Below are positions 51,001 through 60,252 of a DNA stretch of 64,000 nt, piece by piece. The stretch covers positions 118,232 through 182,231 of the forward strand of contig NMRA01000618.1 in assembly GCA_002633005.1 (NCBI GenBank), given 5' to 3'. Numbering within the stretch: the first letter of the stretch is position 1; each line of letters opens with the position of its first letter. The notes under the pieces were generated by a model. It was not told where the DNA came from and did not search any database. It worked only from the letters and a program-made list of their open reading frames with translations. The position numbers and the translations under genes were made by a program. This DNA comes from Phoronis australis. Lineage: Eukaryota; Animalia; Phoronida.

Positions 51001-52663
51001 ATCTATTATCAGTAATGACGTAATCTAGTCTGGCCTCGGTTTTACAAGACATGTGATAAAGGTAGGATGTGTAAAGCATTATAACAGACATTCAGCAACA
51101 CAAAAATGTTACATGTGAACAGATTTGTAGTTACATGTACGCCGGAGCACAAAAATGAAATCGAACATTGCTCTATCACACGGACACTTCAATACGGCAC
51201 ATACTTGTACATACTTGGAAAATGTCATTCCGAATAACCACGTTTTTGCAGTCCTCTATAAATCTACCGTATGTTTAAAAGTGAAAAGCGGCCGAGACCC
51301 TGTACCAACACGGTTAATTAAAGTTGATCACTTGAGGTCAGCGTTTGCGCTCTCGCCATCATTTTGCCTGGATGCATCCCTGTCCAATGTATGCTATCTG
51401 TGGGCTTTGAAAGGGTACATGTACTTTTTATACGGATCACATGTAACCCTGTAATGTAAAATGCCATTTGGTCCAATCTGCACATGTAAGCCTACCTACA
51501 TGTACTACTCATGTGTCCTCCTGATAAAAAGTTGAACTTTGTTGCGTGCATCCATTCGCATCAGTGAGACAGGAATGTTTGTTGGAAACTAAGATTTAAA
51601 GTATTGCGATGCAAGCGCTACCTGTTGCTGCTAAAAAAGCAGCCTCTTTCGTCTCGGTCTACGCTTATTCATATTGGGTTTTCTATTTGCCTTCGTTGTT
51701 GCTTCGGACTAGACCGCGCTGATCTAATGGTCGGGGGTGGCGGGGTGAGGAATTAACAATTTGGAAGGAATCCTATACGAATGGCCATAAAATGGCATGT
51801 CGGCGGCGTTTTATTATTTGGTCATATCCAGAAATCATCTAGCAGTACTTAAAAATATAGTTGTAGGCGGTCTGGCGCTCGTCGTGACACATGTACGCAT
51901 GCCAGTTATGAAGTGATCACCTCGGACCATATCAATGGTCTCACACTGCGGGTTACTATCAGTCGCCAATTAACTGAAGCCGTCAATCATATTCCTGGCT
52001 ATTAACTGTCAGCACTTTGAAAACAAGCAAAGAGTTTCAAGAAAGAGCCCACTAACCCCGCTGTAGAGAGCGAACCAAATTCAAGGCGTTGAAAAGGCAG
52101 ACATGTTTAGCCTGCTCAGTAAAAGACACCGGTTTTCGTTTCAACGAACGTGTGGCAGACGACGAGAGAACTTCGCGATTTGTAATCGAATGGCAAAACA
52201 TACAACGGATTTTGTTGTTTTCAAGTTGAAATCTAAATTAATAACTTCAAGAGGTCTGCCCCATCCAAGAACAAGCTGCAGACTTGTTTTGTCGTAAAAC
52301 AGATTATTTCCCTTTGCCCACCAACTGGGTTAAAACTACGACGTCTTCATTTTATTTATTCAGGCATGTAATGCTTGGACCCAAGCTGAGCCCATTATAT
52401 TCATGTCATTTCCTTTCTATGTTTTCAGAGTCTTTACTTTTGGAGACTTCCAAGAATCGCCAGACATGTGCACAAGTTTAGCACCGTCGCTCATTTCATC
52501 CGAGCAAGATTTGGATATTTGTGGGTCATACATGACCGGTGAAATAAAACAAACTGACGGACCGTGTGCTCATCAGGTCGCTCCCGGTGTATCACCTCCT
52601 CTGGTTTTGATCTTATTTGCGTTGTGTGCATCCCGGTTATTTGGAAATTACGGTCACTGTTAG
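1880..52663 (+). CDS. Multi-exon gene span: divergent alpha2delta/CACHD1-family protein (VWA_N, VWA, double Cache, GPI-like tail), ~1140 aa, 5' exon not found
   Basis: About 21 GT-AG exons join in compatible phase. Motifs in the expected order: VN..S.L..P...WT....F..N; WQYFSS; DVRDRSWY; LVIILDTSLSM (MIDAS); IIFITDA; TEPYTDSTGLGPVITLSAPVF; LLGVFAADI; YGFITDLTGNVVVHP; TDQGFQRIFP; CYILD; hydrophobic C-terminus. Confidence 0.9.
2640..2710 (-). mobile_element. tRNA-derived SINE head (degenerate)
   Basis: gatttgaacc...cttcgcgttcgaagccaaacgctct...gagcta reads as a reverse tRNA-like A/B-box segment. Confidence 0.4.
3837..7361. mobile_element. Decayed ISL2EU-like DNA transposon, copy 2, both ends present
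   Basis: TIR GGGGCTATTCGGA at 3837 and its reverse complement ending at 7361, with AT on both flanks. A + strand remnant at ~5630-5970 (LKLKKT*SHSGLVQS...AVFTFKGLIVDVI...KLDLFYKRF) resembles a YqaJ/lambda-exonuclease C-terminus. A THAP-like remnant lies on the - strand near 6950-7200. Confidence 0.75.
8575..8755 (+). CDS. alpha2delta-like exon
   Basis: ttttcag|..EKFFNAKIRMIQRTVSRIQALYDDF...PLKYN|gttaga; phase 1-2. Confidence 0.8.
8810..9240 (+). mobile_element. 3' end fragment of a CR1/L2-group LINE
   Basis: RTRFSGSNNLVLPRHRTSSYSKSFFIQTIKQWNNLP is the typical ORF2 C-terminal pattern; an AT-rich tail runs into a microsatellite. Confidence 0.6.
9242..9505. repeat. Compound microsatellite (ATT/TAA)n-(CAG)n-(TAG/TAA)
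   Basis: Directly visible; about 25 CAG units at ~9379-9455. Confidence 0.95.
10194..10268. repeat. Short direct duplication (~35 bp x2)
   Basis: ttgtcttcaatacactatatacatgtatgatactt occurs twice. Confidence 0.85.
10793..10945 (+). CDS. alpha2delta-like exon (VWA_N)
   Basis: KYGLHVNLEGSALIMP...FVLWTHQADKMFVANAKEDTDI; phase 2-2; gtatgt donor. Confidence 0.85.
13612..13816. mobile_element. MITE (CATGCGCGCA...TGCGTGCATG family)
   Basis: Terminal inverted repeat plus a gcaaaaaggtc(c/a)gcctc core shared with ~27145-27349, ~32472-32676 and ~53875-54108. Confidence 0.6.
14193..14384 (+). CDS. alpha2delta-like exon (Cache motif + VWA MIDAS)
   Basis: WQYFSS...LYP...HDVRDRSWYLTATRTKKDLVIILDTSLSMER; phase 2-2. 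Confidence 0.92.
14928..15182 (+). CDS. alpha2delta-like exon (VWA)
   Basis: RLRLARQLISEILKLVTIVDKINII...LVEGTEYNKKRLLNWLATVQPDGSS; gtaagt donor. Confidence 0.88.
15686..15816 (+). CDS. alpha2delta-like exon (VWA)
   Basis: DAFARAFDVLKKNSETRSCHQKIIFITDA; cacag acceptor, gtgagt donor; not in the ORF track. Confidence 0.88.
15849..17510 (+). mobile_element. Kolobok-like non-autonomous DNA transposon with a KolX/P2X7-tail-like ORF remnant
   Basis: TIR AGGAGCATGCCACC ... GGTGGCATTCTCCT with flanks TTAG and TTAA. Internal GYQFEQEYRDEE and GIRQAL...EMF remnants at ~16950-17210. Confidence 0.7.
19866..19969 (+). CDS. alpha2delta-like exon
   Basis: tttcag|(H)GEVVLSETSYKICFHQWERFPERLKKLRTKMNIS|gtgagt; phase 1-0 fits both neighbours. 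Confidence 0.7.
20306..20389 (+). CDS. alpha2delta-like exon (end of VWA)
   Basis: PEIYTFIVKKQGVLSSELLCSKVHRTFL matches the IFTY...AC pattern; phase 0-0. Confidence 0.7.
22561..22736 (+). CDS. alpha2delta-like exon (Cache)
   Basis: EVSVTEPYTDSTGLGPVITLSAPVFSRKTH; alternative acceptor 6 nt downstream; gtaagc donor. Confidence 0.9.
22850..23467 (-). mobile_element. Truncated inverted copy of the Kolobok-like element at 15849
   Basis: Reverse-complement similarity to ~15849-16540; ends GGTGGCATACTCCT followed by TTAA. Confidence 0.8.
23595..23721 (+). CDS. alpha2delta-like exon (Cache)
   Basis: LLGVFAADIMTSTLNSLV...SYGFITDLTGNVVVHPSQ. Confidence 0.92.
25498..25729 (+). CDS. alpha2delta-like exon A (duplicate at 29686-29917)
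   Basis: LERRASDEEVINQQIKQIE...QHVRYFATYIK; phase 0-1. Confidence 0.8.
25909..26034 (+). CDS. alpha2delta-like exon B (duplicate at 30098-30223)
   Basis: DPGFIFGLAVPYQDE...; differences from the duplicate fall at third codon positions in this frame; phase 1-1. Confidence 0.75.
26334..26429 (+). CDS. alpha2delta-like exon C (duplicate at 31661-31756)
   Basis: GESSCVLVSTSAFCGKRDQPVTPQELRRYLNQ; phase 1-1; joins 39529. Confidence 0.65.
27869..28751. other. Assembly gap (N run)
   Basis: Run of n. Confidence 1.
28752..33203 (+). repeat. Copy 2 of the duplicated block (starts at gap); carries exons A' 29686-29917, B' 30098-30223, C' 31661-31756 and a 1.1-kb insertion
   Basis: Collinear with 24570-27868 apart from the 30419-31549 insertion. 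Confidence 0.95.
30419..31549. mobile_element. Non-autonomous TIR DNA transposon, P-element-like
   Basis: Imperfect ~70-bp TIRs starting CACAG(A/G)C(A/G)CTTGGGTTTATCGC; 8-bp TSD CAGTTATT (30411-30418 and 31550-31557); empty site at ~26223 in copy 1. Confidence 0.9.
35854..35963. repeat. 22-bp minisatellite x5
   Basis: TATTTGAGAAATGTCAACACAG repeated five times with no spacers. Confidence 0.95.
36050..36750 (-). mobile_element. Highly decayed BEL/Pao LTR-retrotransposon pol relic (RNase H region)
   Basis: Frameshifted minus-strand fragments in BEL/Pao order: LVARKAR...PSKSLPVLR.EL (like SKSRVAPLK..SIPRLEL), NR..IQ, WKV, YGP, EWP. Confidence 0.5.
37148..37220. repeat. (GAT)n microsatellite
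   Basis: Directly visible. Confidence 0.95.
38002..38891 (+). mobile_element. Internally deleted Kolobok-like element with a THAP remnant
   Basis: TTAA flanks; imperfect TIR AGTGTACGCAACATG / ACAGTACACACCATG. From 38240: MKRCVCGGCSN...VSVF/PKD...W.RFVRR.R.W...LCSAHFEESCF (THAP, frameshifted). LRPYELDP on the opposite strand near 38580-38610. Confidence 0.7.
39165..39400. repeat. Degenerate (ACT/ACC)n low-complexity tract
   Basis: Directly visible. Confidence 0.8.
39529..39763 (+). CDS. alpha2delta-like exon (second Cache pair)
   Basis: QCPNSTL...DDLWRNATGYNASDIVRIIYTTDQGFQRIFPG; phase 1-2. Confidence 0.88.
41565..41700 (-). mobile_element. tRNA-derived SINE fragment
   Basis: gggactcggacctacaacctc...caaggcggacacc...cactagaccac reads as a reverse tRNA-like head. 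Confidence 0.45.
42233..42405 (+). CDS. alpha2delta-like exon
   Basis: RYSWYLQAMTNKGKQLSVTSV...IITLSKAIF...SCLH; gtaagt donor; phase 2-1. Confidence 0.85.
43674..43920 (+). CDS. alpha2delta-like exon with Cys-rich insert
   Basis: KPYGPSCPCTYSSDCITHACLPC...CKNEVEGVLAVDVKYEAF...FKCGK; phase 1-2. Confidence 0.85.
44559..44769 (+). CDS. alpha2delta-like exon
   Basis: CYILDANTNIVIG...YEGFAFRDLM...QAKEC; gtaagg donor; phase 2-0. Confidence 0.85.
44983..45165. repeat. (GCAC)n/(CA)n compound microsatellite
   Basis: Directly visible. Confidence 0.95.
46761..46787 (+). CDS. Candidate 27-nt micro-exon (EIVQDAFST)
   Basis: taacag acceptor, gtaatg donor, phase 0-0; no motif support. Confidence 0.35.
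46966..47089 (+). CDS. alpha2delta-like exon (delta region)
   Basis: KLPVKPCVFKRVYYVVD...VTG matches the PC.....Y pattern; phase 0-1. Confidence 0.75.
47510..49900 (+). mobile_element. Decayed non-LTR retrotransposon (LOA/R1 group) with RT and RNase H remnants
   Basis: PWKAPGQD, LRLGYVP, VVFIAKPG, QFAYRAG.S.ETALH, RGTPQGG, QAYADD, GLEIN..KT, WIYTGVIR, GTPT.A.E...GLPP, TDGSK; many stops and frameshifts. Confidence 0.9.
50268..50406 (+). CDS. alpha2delta-like exon
   Basis: GSLEDDPCSGTGTYYFTWVPDLDLYILKA...FNCHIMN; phase 1-2. Confidence 0.8.
52429..52663 (+). CDS. Last coding exon with GPI-anchor-like hydrophobic tail
   Basis: RVFTFGDF...DMC...DICG...GPCAHQVAPGVSPPLVLILFALCASRLFGNYGHC*; AATAAA at ~53115. 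Confidence 0.8.
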
Positions 52664-53874
52664 CTCTGCTGGCGTCAATGCAGATGTATGCAGTATATTT
52701 TTCAAAAACAGAATTTACGAATTCATTTGAATTTCGTCTTACTTCGTCGAAGTTAAACATACGTAAGATGCTTCTAAATCGTTGAATTGAGTGAATTCAG
52801 ACTGCACGGGGACAGTAGTCAAACTCCCATCATGCAGTAGAATGTCACTGATCCTTGTTATAATTTCGTACAACGCAAACTCTAAATGCACAAGGGGAAC
52901 CCCTGTCATCATGATGAAACGTGAACTGCAACTTCGATCCGAAACATTCACCCGGCACAACGTGTAGTACCGTGACCTGTGACCGAAGAGCACGATAACT
53001 TATTAAAGGCGAGTTGCAAGTACTCCACTTCGTCTCAGTTGCAGCCCACAATACAGCAGTGAAACTTCACTGTCATTGGAAGGTCGAATACAGCTAATGC
53101 AGTTGAGAAAACGTAAATAAAAAACAAGGCACCACCAAAAAAAAAACAAAAACGCCAATGGCGCTATAACAAGGTTAGATAACTGCACGGCGGGTGCTGC
53201 TGCATTGTGGGTAAATAAGGGGAGATTCAAGAGAGAATGTCACTGTGTAATCCGGGAACGTCCAGTTGCTATTGGTACATTTTGGAAGCATTGTATGTAA
53301 CTCGGACGGAAAACCTGGAGAGCTATCGTCAAAATGTCATGGAAAAGGTGATTTTGTTACATTGATCTTAAGTATGGTTACATTTACCCTCAGCTCTATC
53401 CTTACGCAGTCGAAAACGTTGGCAATCCTAGGACTGATTTCTTAAGGGAAATTGTCTGCCATGAGAACAGCATTGTTTGTGATGAACATTGAGTGTTCAA
53501 CTCCAATCCCTATCAAACTGAAATGTTCAAAAGAATTTATAATGCAAATTTTGTGAAACATGGTGTAAACCGGAGAATATGTGTTATTTTTGGTGATAGT
53601 TACATAGTTTGACGCCTTACGGAAGCACGCCGGCTGGGGATGTACACAACTGAGGTCGAATAATTTTCATATGTTTACGATTCCCATGATTGCCATGTCA
53701 CTATAAGTAAAATATCATAAACATATTTATTTCATTAAAAATACTCTCGGATAGTTGGTGTGCAATCAATTACAAACATTGCATACTGAACACGAAATCT
53801 GATACCGCTCGGCCTACAGGTGGTGACCTGGAGTAATTGTATAGCCACTTCCAGCAATCATATAGACAACCATA

Positions 53875-54108
53875 TCCTGCTCGAACCGGACCCCCCTATT
53901 TGGCGCAGTGGGCAAAAAGTCCCGCCTCTGCGAAACAAAACTCCGAAAAAAGTAGAAAACTAGACAAAAGTCCCCACTAAAAGGCAGGAACTACCAGAAA
54001 TCGGACAATGGAAAATTAGGCTCTGAAGGTACCCGTGAATCTTTTTTGTAGTAAAAGGTACAGATTCTCAAATATTAGAGACCCCATTTTTAGGCTGAGT
54101 GCGTATGC
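53875..54108. mobile_element. MITE related to the 13612 family
   Basis: gtgggcaaaaagtcccgcctc...cactaaaaggcaggaactacc...taggctgagtgcgtatgcat shared with the other copies. Confidence 0.5.
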
Positions 54109-55426
54109 ATTTTTACGCTGTATCCCCCAAAACAGGATGGTTAGGTGATGATTAGGCTTCGCGACACGCTTCATGCTCACAAGAAATACAGTTACAAAGT
54201 TCAAAAAGACTTAAACGTGCAAAATCACATTCACGATGAATTTTAGGTAACGGGTAACAACACAATTTCACGTTTGTGCAAAAGCAAAATTGTTTCGAGG
54301 TTCACAAAAAAACTTCACCGTCTCTTCAGGAAGCACCGATTTCTCAGACAGAATGTGCGAGGGACCAAATATAAATCAAATAGAACTATAAAGAAAAATT
54401 ATGAAAGGCGACCAAACTGAAATGTATATGAACGCCAGAAAATAAACAAGGAAATAATAAGTAAAAACAGAATAACACAACAAAGAAAGAATCAATACGA
54501 CAAAGGATCAAAATGTTTAGGTGGACTTATTGCACGTTCCAAAACACCAAAGTTCAAGTGTTAAAGAGGTTATTGTAACCAGGCGGAGTTACAAAAATGT
54601 GGAAGATTTCTTAACAGAGCAACAAAAGCACGTCTTTCAGCAAATTCAAAGACAAGAGTAAGTGACAAGTAGCTTAACAAGCGGCAAACCTGAAAGCTAT
54701 CAAGCACTCACTTGTGCCATCTATTGACGGTTCTGAAATTAAAACGCATTATACATCCAATATACATGTATACATACACTTATTGCTAAGACACAGTGTA
54801 AAACTGCCGAATGAAAGATCAGTGCATAACAAAAAACTAGGATTGAGAAAGACGGGGCATGCATGACCCAGTTCTAGAACAATGACACGATGGGGTGTAC
54901 ACTCAGGAAATGTCCTTTGAGCCTACATGTATCGATTGCCTTCGAATTGGATCTAAAGTGATATCCATGTGTGTTCCCACTTCTAGCAATAGGCGTTCGC
55001 ATGAATGAATGACTTACTGCTTTAACAAAATTCGATGGTCCGAAGGAGCACTCGGGATTCGCCAGGAAGCTCTTAACGAAACACTGTTACTTTGGCTAAG
55101 AAGGTAAAACAATTCCAGACGACTCGAAACAGTGGTTCACAAAGTCATTATGTCAAGGTAGCTTTGACAATGCAGTCGAATGGCATCACACAGAACCTGT
55201 GCACAAGTTTATCAATACTAATGGTCGTAGGTAAGCCCAACCCGTTGGTTACGACCATTTTCTTCTTTTTTAACATAATCACAAAAATAAGACACACAGT
55301 ACTGCCAAACAGCATTTGTTCCATTTTTGCATGCTCTGAACGTAAAAGTGATGAATTTGCAGAGTCTGTGTTGACAACTGTCACATTTGTCATTGTAGCA
55401 CAGACTACAGTTACGGACAGTGGCTC

Positions 55427-56794
55427 TCAACAGCTCTCAAAGCGTAGCTTTAGGCGACGATTCCATTCATTTTTCGCAAGGCAAATTTCTGCAGCAATTC
55501 TTCGTTTTTTGTCTGCTGCCTCGGGTTCATTCACATCGTCAAGACATTTCGCCCAATCCTGATATACGGTATGGTCTTTGTCGCCACCTGTGGCTAATTC
55601 TGCTCGTTTGAAATATTCAAGTGCTAAATCGTACTTTTTGGTGTAATGTAAAACAACCGCGATATCTCTCATGGCAAAAGGTGGCCGATAATACTTGTCA
55701 TAAGCTTTCATCAAGTCGTCCAAGGCAAGCTGCAAATGTTCTTCATGGTTTGGACCACCATTCCTGTAAAGTTGGAAGTGCAGTTGACCGCGAACATAAA
55801 ACGCACTACCAAGTGGTTGAGCTTCGATGGCTGCTTCAGCAAAGGTTTGTGCTTCTGCTAACATGTTGCACTCCATGCATGTCTGCGCTATACGTCTGAG
55901 AACAGATCCACACTTTGGCACACTTTCCTTTGCTTTCCAAAGACACTGCAAACCATCGAAGTGAGCGTGTGAAGGATCGCAATCCTGCACAACCGCTGAC
56001 AAATTGGAAACAAGATCTTTGTACCAGACCAAGAGAACTCCCGCGAAAGCCCATGCTTTGCCGCTCATATCACGGACTCGCTCATTGTTTCGAGCATTAA
56101 CTGAAGCGTAACTGTCCACATCGCCAGTTTCCAGTTGATCAAGTGATCTCATTATTACTTCCGTTTCGCAATATTGTGCCACATCATACAACTCCTTCAG
56201 CGCTTCCTTTAAGAAACGGTCATTAACGTTTTCAATTTCCTTCGCTTGGCGGGCCAGTCGCATCAAATGGAATGCGTATCCCATCCGCCAGTCATGATAT
56301 TCATCTCTGTCAGGGTTGTGGGCACCGAGTGACAATGCATTCTGAAACATCTTTTTAACACACAATATGTCGTCCTGTTGAAGGTGTTGATCTGTTAAAC
56401 AGGCTGAACGAGCAATCTCGATCAGAGCACGAGCTTTCAATATCAGACACTCACTGTTAGGTTTGGTTTCAAAGATCGATTGTAGGCGCGCCTTGGTTTC
56501 TATAGCCTTTTGTTGACGTCCAATGGTATTTTCTACCCACTCAAGGTTCTTCAAGGCATTCAGATTGTATTCATCTTCTTCCAACACACGGCAAAACCAT
56601 TCTTTTCCTTCCGTTGCACTATCCAATAAACAAGCGGCAACTCCTATGATGTTCATTATGGCATGCCTTCTTGCCCATGGCTCATCAGCAAATTCTTGCT
56701 TTAAACGATCTTTTCCGACTTCTAAATATTTTTTGTCCAAGGATAAGTTATGAACGAAAGGCTGCGCAAAGTGCCCCAATACCAAGTTTCTTGT
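55427..56794 (-). CDS. TTC22/IFIT-like TPR domain, terminal 1368-nt exon
   Basis: Open 452-aa frame, ttttcag acceptor at 56795, no ATG start of its own. GHF...RLKQE...AIMNIIG...EWFCRVLEEDEYNLNALKNL...ARALIE...NALSLG...W.....LMRL parallels TTC22 as I recall it; C-terminal TPR helices (AFYVRGQLH, KYDLALEYFKRA). Confidence 0.8.
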   Translation of the reverse strand, partial: TRNLVLGHFAQPFVHNLSLDKKYLEVGKDRLKQEFADEPWARRHAIMNIIGVAACLLDSATEGKEWFCRVLEEDEYNLNALKNLEWVENTIGRQQKAIETKARLQSIFETKPNSECLILKARALIEIARSACLTDQHLQQDDILCVKKMFQNALSLGAHNPDRDEYHDWRMGYAFHLMRLARQAKEIENVNDRFLKEALKELYDVAQYCETEVIMRSLDQLETGDVDSYASVNARNNERVRDMSGKAWAFAGVLLVWYKDLVSNLSAVVQDCDPSHAHFDGLQCLWKAKESVPKCGSVLRRIAQTCMECNMLAEAQTFAEAAIEAQPLGSAFYVRGQLHFQLYRNGGPNHEEHLQLALDDLMKAYDKYYRPPFAMRDIAVVLHYTKKYDLALEYFKRAELATGGDKDHTVYQDWAKCLDDVNEPEAADKKRRIAAEICLAKNEWNRRLKLRFESC

Positions 56795-57129
56795 CTGAAA
56801 ACAAACATGTAAAGGCAGTTACATATCAGAAATGCATTGACAATCATTTTGAGCGACTGTAAATTCATCACTTGTATAGATTAGACGGACGTCGCACGTA
56901 AAAACCAGGAGTTGGGTTCGCCACATTGTAGGGCAGATTATAAAGTGTTCTGGCAACCAGAAACACTGCATGATCTACAGAAATGCAAGAACAAGCGAGT
57001 GAAATGTTAAGATTTCGCGAGAATGCTCAATACCGTACCACTGTAAACTAACAAATTAGTGACTTCTAAAGTGAATGTTAAATGCCTGTTACCACCGACA
57101 CTTGTAGCTCACATTGGCATGGCGTTTAA

Positions 57130-57270
57130 ATATGTATATTTCCAAAAACGTCAGGTGTCACAGCATTCTTATCAGAACCCAGCAATATATTGTCCACGTC
57201 CAAGGCGGGGTTTAAACTTGGGACCTCTCGGTTGTCAGGCCAGCGCTCTAACCACTGTACCCCTGAGTCA
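57130..57270 (-). mobile_element. tRNA-derived SINE fragment
   Basis: ggcggggtttaaacttgggacctctcggttgtcaggccagcgctctaaccactg reads as a reverse tRNA-like head. Confidence 0.55.
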
Positions 57271-57571
57271 TCCGTTAATTTGAATGGAGATCTGCCATAC
57301 TTGCATAGCCTTGGGAGTGGCTATTTGGTAAGCCAACTTGAGTCATTGCTGCGTAGCTTCAACTGCTACAGCTTCGTTTATCTCCATTTAAGTTCGTCTT
57401 TCTTTACCGACAAAGGCCGGATGTACTCCTGGATCTGGATGTTGTGTTGTTTCGACCACATACATGTAAGCTCAACTACTCCTGATGAGATATTGCCTCC
57501 TCTACAGCGTGTCTTGTGTTCATCAATCCTAATTTCAAGTGACCAAACTGTTTCATTAACAAAAGATTCAC

Positions 57572-57670
57572 CTCATGCACAGTAAGCTCGCTTGGTCTTC
57601 TCTCCCCATAACTGTATTTAGTCAGTTGTTGATCCAAGGTGTAAGGTATATTGTTCTTGTTTCGAACTTC
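57572..57670 (-). CDS. Candidate kinase subdomain XI exon (5' boundary uncertain)
   Basis: ...YGERRPSELTVHE|gtgaat; the phase-0 donor matches the phase-0 acceptor at 56794. Confidence 0.5.
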
Positions 57671-58523
57671 CTGCATATGAGTCCTATGTTTTCAGAAACC
57701 CCAAGTTTGTTTGGAAAGCATGTTTTTTGTAGTCTTCTTACACGTCACCTTTTTCTGGTTTACTAAGCATTCACCAGGTTCAATCCTCGCCAGGCACAAC
57801 GAAAATGCAATCCAAGATCCCATCATTAGATTACCTGATACACTTGAGTGTTCTCCTGCAAACGCGGCAACACCTGAGGATGGCCGGAGAAATGAGCGAC
57901 CGAAACGTCGTACCAATGTGAATAGATTAGAAGCTGGTGTAAATAGACATAGAGCTTTCAGAAAAGATGTTAGAATACCACAACATCAAAGTGCTTTGAG
58001 AAAGTCGCTAATATTACGCGTGCCACTCCACCATGAATGTTAATAACCAGCCCTGTGTTTTTCTGTGGAGAAAACTGGTTCTCAACAAGTGGCATTTGGG
58101 TTTGGTTTTCCCAAGTGGTACATGGATAAAGCATCAAAACTTCTGCCATAAAACCGCTCTTGGTTTAAAGTCTGATGTTAGCAAACCCACTATATCAGCT
58201 TTTTAAGAACCCACCATTAGAAAACGAGTGCCTTGTACATGTATACACAACTATCACTTATGGATTATCGGTGACACTACTTCACATTAGATTGTGTCAT
58301 TGTTATACCATTACTGTGTCACTAGGTACACATTGGCTTCATCTGTAACTTAAAACAACGTAAGTCACTCTAATCAAAGAATAGACCTGCAATAAAAATA
58401 AAATTGATTACATCTCGTGAAAAAGCAACATTTTTCATGTCAAATGAACGTGCCTCTTTACCAGTGACATGTATGATCCAATGAAAACTGTCAAACTGAG
58501 AAAAATGTTTTTCCTAACCATAC

Positions 58524-58607
58524 CATTATCCAAAGATTGACGTCTTCCGTTTTCTCCAAGCCATCAATAAAGTCGTCTGTAGCATTGTCCATCTCCACGC
58601 AGATAGT
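58524..58607 (-). CDS. Candidate kinase C-lobe exon
   Basis: ttctccttag|TICVEMDNATDDFIDGLEKTEDVNLWIM|gtatgg; the only open frame; phase 0-0. Confidence 0.5.
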
Positions 58608-58711
58608 CTAAGGAGAAAAGATACAATTTAGAGTGCTAATGAGTTCCCACCATGACCATGTGTTTCAAAAGAAATGTATTAATGCATCTTAAGAGAGAGA
58701 GAGTTAGAGGG

Positions 58712-58834
58712 NNNNNNNNNNNNNNNNNNNNNNNNNNNNNNNNNNNNNNNNNNNNNNNNNNNNNNNNNNNNNNNNNNNNNNNNNNNNNNNNNNNNNNNNN
58801 NNNNNNNNNNNNNNNNNNNNNNNNNNNNNNNNNN
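58712..58834. other. Assembly gap (N run)
   Basis: Run of n. Confidence 1.
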
Positions 58835-59039
58835 TACAAAATAAATAAATGGAAATGCAAAAATCAGTAGGAATAGATGAAGAAGCCATATATATAACAT
58901 ACTTAAGAAAACAAAGTGAGTTAGCACTGAAAACGACCGACACGCTTGAAACTAAGAAGAGGACTGGCACAGCTCAGGATATTTTGAGAATACAATTAGA
59001 TACTGTTACATATCAAGCAATTAGAAATATGACAGACTG

Positions 59040-59520
59040 GATCGTAGTTGCTAATACTAAAATTGGTTAAGAACCTGGAGAATGCTTGCAAAGAATGTGT
59101 TTTTATTATATTTAGAGCTTAGACTGGTATTTCGTTGTTGTCTATAAGTTGAGGACTTTCAAATCTAATACATGCTTTTGATGACAATTTGTTGGAGGGA
59201 GGAATTAAAATTTTGGGTTGTATTGTCGGAATAGCAGCTGAGTATTGATTCAGGTATGTAGGAGTATAATGTGTCTGCTTGGTTTATATTGGATGGGTTT
59301 ACTTAAGAAGTTGTTAGTGTAATAATACTTAGGAAGCTGATTATTGAGGAATTTCATGTAAAATTTGCAGTTGAGATTTTAAAAATGTCTTGAAGTAGAG
59401 GGAGGCGAAGTTCCATACATATGGGCAGAGAGTGACCATTATAACTGAAATTTGAAATAAGAAGAGATATAATAGCCTTTAGTATACTGGTTTCTAAGAA
59501 ACAAGCCAAAAATTTTAAAA
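59040..59520 (-). mobile_element. L2/Crack-group LINE 3' fragment
   Basis: KAIISLLISNFSYNGHSLP..ELRLPLLQDIFK resembles the RAIRII.NS.Y..HT.PLF..L..L.L.DI pattern. Confidence 0.5.
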
Positions 59521-60252
59521 GATATTTTTCTGTTGTGGGGGTTGGCGTTAGGATGAAGGAATGGTCACATTTTAAGTGTATTTGCAAATTTCATAAATAA
59601 CGAACAAATTGCTTCCATTGTAGGACGAGTGATGTCAGTCCTTTGACGCCGATCCAAATCGAGTGCTACCACAAGTAGGCTTATACATTTTCTTGAGGCC
59701 AACCTCATTCCATTATGGCAATTATGAATTAGATGTGACCCTAATTTACTGTGGTCATTCTCAGTGTCCAAAGCATCTCTCGTGAAAGTGGGTCGACTTC
59801 ATACAGCCACAAAGCCAACGAAAGTTCGAAAGTGGGAAATCAAAATCATTGTTTGAATTCTCAAGCACTTAGAGTGGTGGTCTTATCCACTCTCCTCTCT
59901 GTCTGCATATAAATTGTTCAGTTATAGCTCAAAATTTCCCTCGTCTTCTGATCTGCTACAGTTGTATGTTCTGCCATTGCAATTGATTGTCAAGTGACCA
60001 AATATCTTCCACCCATTAAATCATTTGGTGAGAAACTGAAACTTAGAAATAAGTAATGTTGCTAATAAAAAATTGCGACTTTTTGGTATAAAAAGTGCTT
60101 ATTTTGTTAGATTTTATGGTAGTCATTTCATATTAGATAACTGAAACCTTAAAAACTAAGCAAATGCATGGCGTGAAATCTTTAATTAGAAAATACAAAA
60201 CGAAGGAAACCAAGAAATACACAAGAGTTATAAAACAGTGCATGCAATTTAC

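Noticed and set aside
57190-57270. Functional tRNA genes here and at 2640, 38130, 41610
   Set aside because: Degenerate boxes with no complete cloverleaf; better explained as SINE heads.
59565-59800. RPTMEAI / RPTF as kinase subdomain XI exon
   Set aside because: No acceptor in the needed phase and an in-frame stop just upstream. The RRPS exon at 57572 fits the downstream splice better. Not fully excluded.
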